Shown: piece after piece, positions 53,294-64,000 of the stretch
How positions within the stretch are numbered: position 1 is the first letter of the stretch
Layout: every line of letters begins with the position of its first letter
Source: Octopus vulgaris
Lineage: Eukaryota
NCBI GenBank assembly: GCA_951406725.2
Contig: OX597827.1
Coordinates: 38,440,001-38,504,000, forward strand
Direction of reading: 5' to 3'
Length of the DNA stretch: 64,000 nt
Translations under genes and position numbers: made by a program
Notes under the pieces: generated by a model
Seen by the model: only the letters and a program-made list of their open reading frames with translations
Told to the model about the DNA's origin: nothing
The model's database searches: none

Positions 53294-53694
53294 GATCTTT
53301 TCGGTTTGAACGGCAGTTTTTTCTAGCGGTGTCATATGAAATTGTCACCCATAATTATGACCCTAGTATTGATCTATTGCATTTCAATCTGTTTTAGGGT
53401 TAGGGGTGGGGGGAAGGGTACTTTTTTTTCTTCACAAATGTAAATAAATCCAATCTGTTTCTTAAACGAGGGACATATTCATAAAGCACAGAATGTTTTT
53501 TACCTCAATGGACGTCACTGATTGGTTGAAATTGAAGAAAAAAACAACAAATATCTTACAAACTATAGAATTTTCTCAATAAAGCCAAGAGAAAAAGATG
53601 TTTTATTTTGACACATTCTACCAGTATACGAAGTTTAAAATTTTTTAGATACCTAGAAATTATGTTAAAAACTGCCGTTCAAACCGAAAAGATC
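53294..53694. mobile_element. MITE with perfect 27-bp TIRs
   Basis: GATCTTTTCGGTTTGAACGGCAGTTTT / AAAACTGCCGTTCAAACCGAAAAGATC; internal TTAGGGTTAGGGG. Confidence 0.9.
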
Positions 53695-54429
53695 TGGATT
53701 TCTAGGTAGGGTACAATTCAAGGGAGATTTTGTTCTTATTTCTAGTTGGTTGAGAAACAACACAGATGCTCCCTCTTTGGTTCATTGTGATGGAGATAAA
53801 TGTATTTTGTGAAAAGGAAGGCTATGGAGATATCACAGCTGTGATTATTGAAAGCTGGGATAGATAGTACCTTAGAGATTTGTAGAGTTGTGGGTGGGGT
53901 GCAAGCAATTAGTTCTATAACCCTCAAGTGTTAATGGACCTAGTATTTCATACCTTTACAATAATAATCTTCATTCTAATTGAAACAAGTTCATCTGCCA
54001 TCCTCTCAGTCTGTCTTAATGCTTCTGGGCCTTTCCTTGAATTAAGTTTAGTTCTCACCTATCTTCCTTCCTTTCTCTCATAACATGCATGCACACATGC
54101 ACACACAGCTTTTTCCTCTTACCTCTACTCTATCTGTTCTTTGATTTCTCTGCCTCTCTTTCTCTTGTCTCCTTTCTTTTGTTCACCTTCTTACCCCAAT
54201 CTCTAACTTTTTTTCTTTTCTTTTCAAAATGGAATATTCCAGACACAGGTGTTGCCATATTTCTTCACATATACCGCCTCCTCCTCTCCCTTTTCTTTCT
54301 CTCCTTCCCTCCATCACCAGCAGTGGTCACAATTTTTTGTCGTTGCCGTCGACAGAGGAGAAATAAAGCCAGCCTTTGCGCCACCACTTGTGAGTTTTGT
54401 GTTTCTGAATGCCTAGTTTTGTATTGCAG

Positions 54430-54501
54430 GTACCACCACAAGTTGGGCTGGCAATAACACCGCCACATACACACAAACAGTTGCCCAAGATAGTCAATAC
54501 T
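54430..54501 (+). CDS. SMAD4: Smad4/Medea conserved linker (SAD-proximal) exon, (S)TTTSWAGNNTATYTQTVAQDSQY(W), 72 nt
   Basis: Acceptor ttttgtattgcag, donor ACT|gtaagt; aligns to human SMAD4 NSTTTWTGSRTAPYTP...HYW. As recalled, the human exon also starts in phase 1 five codons before the Trp and ends in phase 1 inside the Trp of YW. Confidence 0.88.
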
Positions 54502-54719
54502 GTAAGTAAGTGCTCGGGCAGCTCACTCAACTTTGCATGACTCTAGACAGTCTTGTAAGGCAGGACATTGACCTCCACACCCATCCACCCCACTGGCTAT
54601 TTTATTTTCATTTTCGAAAGACACAGAAATGGTTTTATCTACTTTAGGGAATTTCATATCTAATATGATTTCTAAACAAAGCCACAGATACTCAGCAAAT
54701 AAATTTAATTGGACAACTC

Positions 54720-54968
54720 TGAATTAGACAAAACAATGAGAAAGTATTTTACAAGAAGATACCGAAACATTTCTGGCTTTAAGGGCATCACGAAAGACCT
54801 GGTTGGAGACCCAGTATTCCAAGTTCTTTTATGGGGCTTAGAAAAACTGAAGGACTGCTGCAATAAGTATGTGAATCTGAGAGAGGAATATGCTAAATAA
54901 AATCATAATTAATTGATCCTCCTGCAATTTTCTATTACCCAAAACCAGGCTTTTCAGCACCCCTTCAT
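54720..54968 (+). mobile_element. mariner 3' fragment
   Basis: GLEKLKDCCNKYVNLREEYAK* resembles a mariner transposase C-terminus; followed by TIR CTTTTCAGCACCCC. Confidence 0.75.
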
Positions 54969-55222
54969 ATATAGTTGCTTGATTTCTCCCATGCTGTTAT
55001 TTCCTTGAAAACTCCTTATACTCTTCAGAATGTGATCTAAGTAAGCCCTCAGAGTTTCTATCAAGTTGTTCTAGCTACTAAATTATATTAATTAAGCTTA
55101 CCTTCGTTCCTCTCCTCTATGCCATTGCCACCTCCTCTTTTACAATATGGACCACACAAGCATGCCACTGTATCAATGAAAGCTTCTGTGTAGTTCCTAA
55201 ACCTGATTAATTTTCCTTAACG

Positions 55223-55479
55223 CAGTAGTTCTCAACTAAGGTCTATATGACCTTTGGGGGTCCTATAAGATTCTGTTGTTAAAGTTTATCTGCAATAAAT
55301 TGCTTCTACTTCTACAATACACAAAATATTTTAACAATGTTTTTATACAATTCCTAATAATATTTAATGATAAGAATATAATAAGATTTTTTTTTAAATA
55401 TTGAATGGCTATAAGGGGCCACTCAAGTAAAATAAGAATCAAAAGTGTCCATAGACAAAAAACTAGTTGAGTACCACTG
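55223..55479. mobile_element. hAT (Charlie-like) MITE
   Basis: TIRs CAGTAGTTCTCAAC / GTTGAGTACCACTG. Confidence 0.8.
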
Positions 55480-55852
55480 CTTTATTGCATTTCCTACAAA
55501 CTTTAAAATGAGAAGCATGCCAGTCAGTTTGTGAATCACCAATAAAGTCGCTTAGCCTTCCCAATATAGCAGCCAAATCTTCCTAAATAATTTCTTAGGG
55601 ACCACATGAGTCAGTAAAGCATTATCAAGGTTGACTCAATCAACATTGTCATTAAAGGTATGCTGCTTGCAAGCTTTAAAACTAGAGGCTTTTTTGGCTC
55701 TTAACTACTAAATTTGAAGACACCACATTCACAATGAAGACAATATGGCTATATTTGGACCATTGGTTGGGCTATTAAGTACAAGCCTATCATATCTGCA
55801 TACCTATATCTACAGGAACTATGGGTTGGTCCTGAACAAAGTTCCTGTTTAG

Positions 55853-56071
55853 CCCTTTAGCATTTAAACTGGCCATATCAGGCCCAAATATTCTATCTGT
55901 TTTATGTTCAAACCTGTCAGAGCCAGCCTTTCATATCTACTCTATAATGTCATTCTGAAAATAAACAATCCCGTCATTGAAATTTCAAAGCTACAAGATA
56001 AGTATGCCTGATCAATTCAAAACAATAAGAATAAGCATTACATTTGATAAAGTAATCTGTATGCTAAAAGG
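55853..56071. mobile_element. piggyBac-type MITE
   Basis: CCCTTTAGCAT / ATGCTAAAAGG with decayed TTAA flanks. Confidence 0.75.
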
Positions 56072-57168
56072 CTAAGAATAACCAGACCTACACAAGTTAA
56101 TTTTATTGCGGTTGAAATTAGCAACCCTAAACTTTCAGCTTCTGTTTAGGAGAATGAGGAAGGGATTTATTTATTAAGGTCGCATTGCAAATGCTTCAAT
56201 ATGCTCCTATCAAGTAGTAATAATCAATCAGCAGTTCACACACTGTGCCCAAGACAAGGCCTACTCTCAAAACCTCAGTGCACCTGTTTGTCAGTAGGTA
56301 CCATGGATCAGTGTCATTGACACTGTAGAACCAGCTGGTGAGCAGTGCCAAGTTCAAGGTCTCCCATGGATGTATCCAGCAAAGGAGCAAGGTCCTAGTG
56401 GTCTTGCCTAGTATAAGTTCGTTAAACCTGGTTCCGTTGATGGATACATGTGTAGTGATTTAACAACAGGAGCCTAGGAATTCTAACCCAGTCTCAGAAG
56501 CTACCCAGAATTTCAAATGGAGGTTTTGATAGTGAACTTCTATTTCAACCAATTCTTGTGTGTGTGTCTGTGTATAAGCACATGCTCACATGTGCAATAT
56601 CAATTAAAGGTTTCAGATTGTGTTTCTTGCATATTTTTTAAAACTCTTTATGTGATTAATTAGGTGTACGAAAGACTAAAATGTTGAGGTATCTGTGGCT
56701 GTTAATCAAAGTTGGGGGCTTGCTTCCCTCCATTGTTAATCTGATATCTGCATTCCCAATTTTTATAGAAAGCAAGTTCTCTCAAAGTAGTGACAAAGGG
56801 AAGCTTAAGTCTTCAGTAACTCTACTGTTTTAAAGCCCTTTTTCCTGAAATTCTAACATATATTCTTTATTTCCTCCCCATCTCAAAAAAAAAAACAAAA
56901 AAAGCTAAAACAAAATTCAACCAAACTCTGTCCTACCTTACTGATATGTCTTAAGTTGCTGTTTAACTCTCTTAGAACTTAGCAACTTGCCCTAACTCCT
57001 ACATCTATTCAACCTTAAAACTCTCCAATTAACTTCTTCAGAACACAAGTTTTTCCTTCCTCACTTTTAATTGTCTAATTTCATTTAATTTATTTCAATT
57101 TATTTTATTTCATTTTTGAATATTTTTTTTAACCCTCACTTTTTTTTCTTCTTACCTGTCTACTCTTT

Positions 57169-57229
<61 letters not shown>

Positions 57230-57599
57230 TCTCTCTCAGTTGCATTCACAGATATATTGCTTCTGTATATTGAATGAAGAGATTGACGTTGGATACAGAG
57301 ATTATAATATAAGGGTGTTTTTTTTTCCGTTTTTTTTTTTTGACTGGTTTACATCTAACTTTACCACATACTCTGCTATAAAGCAGACTTCAAACGCCAC
57401 ACTTGTTGAATATTTGAGGCATGCAGTTCATTGTGCAACTATGCACTTTCAGGATTTCACACAGAGGGCTGCTCGTTGGTCAAGTTCCTTCAGCTGTAGC
57501 CTTGGGTTGACCAATGTGAGTCAAATTTTGGAGATAAAAATTGTATGGCAGCTCTTTGTGTGTGTTGCATATATCTATATGTGAGTGTATATAAACTAA

Positions 57600-57920
57600 A
57601 CTGGCACTCCATTGGTTATGACAACAAGGGTTCCAGATGATCTGATCAACAGAACAGCCTGCTCATGAAATTAATATGCAAGCGGCTGAGCACTCCACAG
57701 ATGTGTGTACCCTTAATATAGTTCCCAGAGAGATTCAGCATGACACAGTGTGTGACAAGGCTGCCCTTTTGAAATATAGGTACTACTCATTTTTGCCAGT
57801 TCAGTGGACTGGAGTAGCGTGAAATAAAGTGTCTTGCTCAAGGATACAGCACATCACCAGGAATTGAACTCTCGACTTTATAATCATGATCCAAATACCC
57901 TAACCACTAAGCCACATGTC
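57600..57920 (-). mobile_element. SINE family C
   Basis: GAAATAAAGTGTCTTGCTCAAGGA..GGAATTGAACTC..CTAACCACTAAGCCA; its 3' part also occurs at 12910-13100. Confidence 0.8.
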
Positions 57921-57966
57921 TTCGTATATATATTTATGTATGTGTGTGTGAATATATGTATATGTT

Positions 57967-58024
<58 letters not shown>

Positions 58025-59112
58025 TGTGCCTGTGTTCATGTGTGTGTGTGTGGTGTTGTCAGTGACTAAACCAGCAGCCCCACAAAACCTGCTTGATGAT
58101 GTGGGAGATTACTAGATGCCCTGGGGACTGAAAAACAAAACTTATATGAGTCAATGGCTATGCAAAAGCAGTCCACGTATGCATGATTAACATGCATATA
58201 AAGCAGGGCCACATGAGGTTCTCAAGTGCAGGTCCCAACTGCAGCTCCCAGAACTACATGTGGTTCTCTACTACAGCCATCAAGCATTCCTCCAGCAGCC
58301 CTCAACAGTCTTCTCTCTATAAATATAAAAAATTTTTCCTTAATTGACTTGTTTTACTTTTTTTTTTTTTGGTGTGGCCAGGTTTTTGAATCTGACCCAA
58401 ATATTAAAAAGGTTGAAAACCACTGATATAAAGACTGGGTTTTTGGCGGATCCTGTGAAAGAAACCCAGCTATTAATTGCCGAGTTTCAACTAGAGGTGG
58501 AGCAATAGCCAGCAAGGGTCATCCTAGTCACTCCACTATGCCTACAGTGTGGCTGATATCCCTCACCAGTCATCTAAGCCACCTTGCCAGTGGGGTAGGA
58601 AGTTGGAAGTTGAGAGTGAGGCTGGACATCCAGTCCCTCCCTTCATCAATATAATCCTAGCTCAGTGCATGTGACTGGATCATAGAATGGATGCAGTTCA
58701 GTGTTCTTTTTCTTCATCAACCACAAACACCCAAATCTGTCATTCACAAACATATTTTATTTCCCTGCTACATTGTGTGACGTTATTTAATTCTAGCTTG
58801 ACCAGGCTTTACGCACATCAGCAAATGTACCATGTACCTGCCCTAATAAGAATGAATTCATTCTTATCATGCTGTGAATGGCATATTTTGGAGTTCATGG
58901 TTGATGAAGCAAAACAACGCAGAAACATGTGTCCTATTATCCAATGGTGTCAATCAGAGGTTAGCATGTGTTTTCACACATGTTGTCTTGGAGAATTTTC
59001 CCCTTAGGACTACTAACACAGCAGAGGGTCTTCTCACATCCAAATTCATTCAAATATGCTAAATATGATTTTGTGTGTGTGTGTGTGTGTATCTATGTTT
59101 AACTCACATATT

Positions 59113-60045
59113 GGTTTCAAATTTTGGCACAAAACCAGCAATTTCAGGAGAGTGGCTAAGTCAAGTACATCAACCCCAGTGCTCAAATGGTACTTATTTT
59201 ATTGACCTCAAAAGGACGAAAAGCAAAAGCCAGCCTTAGCAGAATTTGAACTCATAATATAAAGGCAAACAAAATGTCACTAAGCATTTTGCCTGAGGTG
59301 CTAACAATTCTGCAGTTCACCACCTTTCTCAAAGTTTATCTCACTTAAAAATCTGGAACAAATACAGCAAAGGAGTTTTCTCAAGGCTCTTGTGACTCCT
59401 CCATCTCAATGCTCTAGTGTTTAACTCACATATTGAGCTCTTTACTTAGTCTGCTGAGACCCCCTTCGGTCATGAATGACCATGGGATTGCACCTAGAAA
59501 GTTACCCTCCCAGGCACAAGTCCAGGCAAGGTTGTTTATGGAAGACCACCAGCTGCCCATGCATACCAGCCTCCCCTCTCTATGCCACCAGTGTTATCCA
59601 AGGGAAAGGCAAAGGCCGATACAGCTTGACACCTGTGGCGTCGCAACTCATTTCTACAGCTGAGTGAACTGGAGCAATGTGAAATAAAGTGTCTTGCTTA
59701 AGAACACAACACGCAGCCCGGTCCAGGATTCGAACTTACAACCTCACAATCATAAGCTCGATTCTCTAACCATTGAGCCATGCGCCTTATATATATATAT
59801 ATATTCATTCATTCTTTTTCTTTTACTTATTTTGGTCATTTGACAGTGGCCATGCTGGAGCACCGCCTTGAAGTGTTTTAGTCAAATATTGACCCCAGGA
59901 CTTATTTTTTAAGCTTAGTACTTGTCTGTTTTGCTGAACCACCAAGTTATAGGGACATAAACACATCAGCACCAGTTGTCAAGCAGTGATGTAGGGGCCA
60001 AACACAGACACAAAGACACACACACAGATATATACATACATGTGC

Positions 60046-60081
<36 letters not shown>

Positions 60082-60104
60082 GTATATATATGTATATATG
60101 TATA

Positions 60105-60144
<40 letters not shown>

Positions 60145-60180
60145 GTATATATATGTATATATATATATAATATGTATATA

Positions 60181-60239
<59 letters not shown>

Positions 60240-60340
60240 ATGATGGGCTTCTTTCCATTTCTGTCTACCAAATCAACTCACAAGACTTTGGTTGGTCCGA
60301 GGCTACAGTAGAAGACACTTGCCCAAAGTGCCACGCAGTG
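59113..60340 (-). mobile_element. SINE cluster: family B (59113-59325), family C (59455-59787), family A (59820-60340, with a long internal TA array)
   Basis: Family motifs; clear reverse A/B boxes at 59720-59787. Confidence 0.85.
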
Positions 60341-60416
60341 GGACTGAAACCAGAACCGTGTGGTTGGAAAGCAAACTTCTTACCACACAGCCACGCCTAT
60401 GCCATATATATATATG

Positions 60417-60496
<80 letters not shown>

Positions 60497-61152
60497 ATCT
60501 TTCATTCAATTAACTGAATCTCTTATCCCAATCTCTTTTTTTTTTCTTTCCCCTCCACCCTTCAACTTTTCTTCTTTCTCTATCTAAGTATTCTTGTCTC
60601 ACATTCTCTCTTTCGATTTTTTTTCCTTCTTAACCCTGCACTTGCTCTTCTTCTACCAAAAAAAATACCTCCCTTACTCCACCCAGTAAATTTTTTCCCC
60701 TTAACTTTATTTAAACAAACTGCACCTTTCAATTCTCATAATACAACCAACTCTAATCTAAATATAATCCCTTCTCTCTCACTCTCTCTCTTTCTCTTTC
60801 TCTCTCTAAGCTTTGCACTTTCTGTTCTGTTTTATTTAATTCTAATCCACTAATCCTTTCTTTTTCTCTTTTTTTTTTCAATGTTTGTCTTTTTGGTTTT
60901 TTTTCTCCTTTTCTTCCTAATTTTAATCCAAATCTAACTTTGTTTAAATCCATTTGAAATGTCTGACTTTTTGTCATTGTTTGCGGAGAAGGGTGTGTGT
61001 TTGTGTGTGTGTGCACACACGCACGCAGGCATGTGTGTGTGCACGCACGCATGCAGGCATGTGTGCGTGCGTGTGTCTGTTGACAATTTTATTGTTTTAA
61101 TGTTTTCAGTGATATGACTTCACCTGTTCCCCACTCTGCTGAAATCAACAGA

Positions 61153-61173
61153 AGTAGTAGTAGTAGTAGTAGC

Positions 61174-61229
<56 letters not shown>

Positions 61230-61264
61230 CAGCAGCAGTAGCAGCAGCAGTAGCAGCAGCAGCA
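61153..61264. repeat. (AGT)n/(AGC)n trinucleotide array
   Basis: Visible directly. Confidence 0.9.
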
Positions 61265-61280
61265 GGTGCTGGCTCTGGAA

Positions 61281-61586
61281 CAATGGTTCTCAACCAGGGT
61301 CCATATGGCCCTTGGTGGGTTCCATATAGCCTTTGTGGTAGGGGACAGGGTCCATATAAGATTTTGTTGTTCAAATTTATGGTTACACTTCTGGTTAGTC
61401 TACTTCTACAATACAAAAAAAATATTCTAACAATATTTCTTTTTTATACAATTTAAAATAATCTTTAATTATAAAAATATGATTGGATTTTTTTTTGTAA
61501 AGAACATTGAATGGGTACAAGGATCCAATAGAGTAAAATAGGGAATCAAAGAGGGCCCATAGGAAAAATGTGGTTGAGAAACACTG
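61281..61586. mobile_element. hAT (Charlie-like) MITE
   Basis: TIRs CAATGGTTCTCAACC / GGTTGAGAAACACTG; imperfect 8-bp TSD CTCTGGAA/CTCTCAAA. Confidence 0.8.
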
Positions 61587-62219
61587 CTCTCAAATAAGCA
61601 TGAGCAACCTTTCTTGAGAAGCTGACCACATGAGATCTGGTTTATCATTAAGTTGGCCATACTATTACAAGAACATCGTGGCAGTTTTTTGTTAGGCATG
61701 CCATTCAGAAACTCCTGCCAGCACAAATTGCTCACATTGAGGCCCTTTTTGATGTTCTTCTTTTCCTAGAAAGTGGAGTGGTTTTAAGGGCATGAGCTAA
61801 GTGTTTATGCAAAATTATGTAAAAATTGTATTTATTGCTAAATCATACCCATTCAAAATTGATATGATAACAAAAATATTGTATGAATGCATAATTGTGA
61901 TAATTGCAAAATTGCATTTTTTTAGAATTATATTTGATTATGAAGTTGCATTATTGTAGTATTATTATATTAGATCAAAAAAAAAACATTAAGTATTAAA
62001 ATTTTTTTTAAAATTCTATTATTGCTAAATTACATTAAGGCAAAATTTCATTAACGCATAATTATATGATTACAAAATTGTGTTAAGAAAAGAGGCTTAA
62101 TATATTGATTTAAAAAAAAAAAGTTCTACTAATTGCATAATTGTGTCAATACAAATGTAATAACTTGAAATTTTATTGAGAGTAAATCGAACCAAAACAA
62201 ATGGCTGGATGATAATGTT

Positions 62220-62250
<31 letters not shown>

Positions 62251-63476
62251 TAGCAGTAGCAGTAGTAGTGCAAAGAGCAAAACAACGTTTCATCCAATGA
62301 TTAAAATGGGTCTTTTTTTCTGTTGTTGTTGTTGTTGTTACTGTTTTTTCTTGTACAAACCATTAAAACAGAAATTAGATGAAATTTCTTTTGTGTGTGT
62401 ATGTGGTTTCTTGTTCTGCATTTTTGTAAACTGGTAAATTGTGCATTGTGTAAGTATAATTATTGAAGAATGGATAAGCCTGCTCGAAATTTTGTTCTAT
62501 AACCCCCACCACTACCACCTCTTTATTTCTCTCTCTTTCTCTCTCTCTACTCCCACCCCAACACCAAAACTAAATTCTGTTCTTCTGAAGCAGGCCAATA
62601 CATCTAACCTCATTCATCATGGTTGTTTGGTTCCCCTCAAAAACTCCTTGTGTTAAATGAATCGGTGACAAATGAGTAACAGAACATACAGGAAACATAG
62701 GTTTTGTTTCAAGACTCCAGGTTGTCCTGAGCATTGCGAATGGACACTGGGGTATACTTTTGCAGTCCAGGCAGAATTTTTGACTGATTGCCGACCCATG
62801 TTATCACAGATCAATTTGTGAAGAGTGTAACATGGTTCACAATGAGCATACTGTTATCCCAGATCAGTGGCAAATAAATCTGCCATTAATGGGGATAGAT
62901 GTATTAGTTACTTCGGCATTATTTGTTAATTTGTTTGCTTAGAAAGCATTATTATTTTATGCTATTTACCTTTTGACATTTGTCTTTATCAAGTGTAGTT
63001 GTTGTTGCTTTTGTTGTTATGTGATAATAAGGTGTAGTTATGGAATGCTGATTAGGTGTTTGTTGTCTGATAGTCTGTCATCATATGATTTGATGATGTA
63101 GTGTATATGTCATCACATAGGCAAATGGCATAGACTGTCTGTCATTACACATTAAGATGCTTGTAGACTCTCTGTCACAACATAAGACAGTTTAGGCAAG
63201 TGTTTTTCAACAGAAGTTCCATAAGAAATAGGAATAACTAGCACTATGACCTGATGTTGCCAGGTCTAGTGCTAGTGATTCTTGTTCGTTGCCGGGTTGC
63301 AGTAAAAATTTCTCACTAAATCAAGAGCTGAGTTTCTTATCACATTTCAGCCCAGGTAGTTTTGTTGTATATGAGCTAGTTGGAGGTTTTTATGAGAGTA
63401 ATTAATATTCATTGGACTTCGGTTTTCACACCTGGAATGGCATAATCATGCAAAATTAGTGGGACTGCACATGCCA

Positions 63477-63734
63477 CTAGTCGGACAAAAAAGGAGGCAG
63501 AAGAAAGCAAAAAACTCAAATTTGGCCTCAAAATAACTTATGGGCATAAGGGGTCGGTTTATCAATTTTTTTAATGGCTTTCTGGGGTGACTGAGGAAAT
63601 GAAAAGATCTTCACGCCCACCCTTAGTCAGTTTTGAAAGGCCATAGAAAATGCGAGCCTTTTATGTGAAAAACTGTAGATTTGTATAAAGGACTCACAGA
63701 TACACAGACATTTTGCCGTTTATAGATATAGAGA
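63477..63734 (-). mobile_element. Short non-autonomous Helitron
   Basis: Minus strand A|TCTCTATATCTATAAACGGC ... CTAG|T: TC start, CTAG end, inserted between A and T. Confidence 0.65.
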
Positions 63735-63759
63735 TTACACTGATATCAATATCCAGGGC

Positions 63760-64000
63760 TTCATCAGTCCTGAAGAAGGAACCCCTCTCTACCGTCTGTC
63801 AATGGCCAGTTGTGGCCACGTAGGCCCGAGGTCGCAAGTGATATCATCTTACCATCTTGTCTTTGGTCAGCCTCTTGATCTTGTCCAGTGTCTTGGAGTC
63901 CATTCCATCACCCTGATTGTCCAGTGGTTGTCCTTCAGTTGCATGATATGGCCAACCCATCTATATTTGTTTACCCTGATGGTTCTTATGATGTCATTGA
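63760..64000 (-). mobile_element. RTE-clade LINE 3' end (runs off the window)
   Basis: Minus strand KYRWVGHIMQLKDNHWTIRVMEWTPRHWTRSRG*PKTRW*DD matches the RTE C-terminal signature. Confidence 0.85.

Noticed and set aside
61110-61329. Acceptor plus DMTSPVPHSAEINR/poly-Ser ORF
   Set aside because: Stop in phase 1, poor donor; the poly-Ser is an (AGT)n repeat running into a MITE

Overview
AT-rich eukaryotic DNA packed with microsatellites and transposable elements. The SINE families suggest an octopus or other coleoid cephalopod; this is pattern recognition, not a database result. The whole window appears to lie inside one large + strand gene, a Smad4/Medea orthologue. Only exons of the linker between MH1 and MH2 are present: 3371-3412, 17977-18270, 19046-19180, an 18-nt microexon at 30554-30571, 43521-43598 and 54430-54501. 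All are symmetric phase 1-1. The identification rests on the last exon (STTTSWAGNNTATYTQ...Y|W), which matches human SMAD4 NSTTTWTGSRTAPYTP...HY|W in sequence and in both intron positions as I recall them. The introns hold several tRNA-derived SINE families, Dong/R4-like, RTE and other LINE fragments, mariner/Tc1, piggyBac, hAT and Helitron non-autonomous elements, and fold-back hairpins. The most notable observations are: (1) a modular array of frame-preserving linker cassettes; (2) long inverted repeats that bracket those cassettes, including a near-identical 230-bp inversion 26 kb apart and a mirrored ~1 kb repeat block around one exon; (3) a minimal hammerhead-ribozyme motif with a G3:C8 core swap on the sense strand of an intron; (4) AG|GT recursive-splice-site candidates. 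Almost all ORFs in the supplied track are microsatellite artefacts. Repeat coordinates are approximate unless a TSD or TIR is cited.
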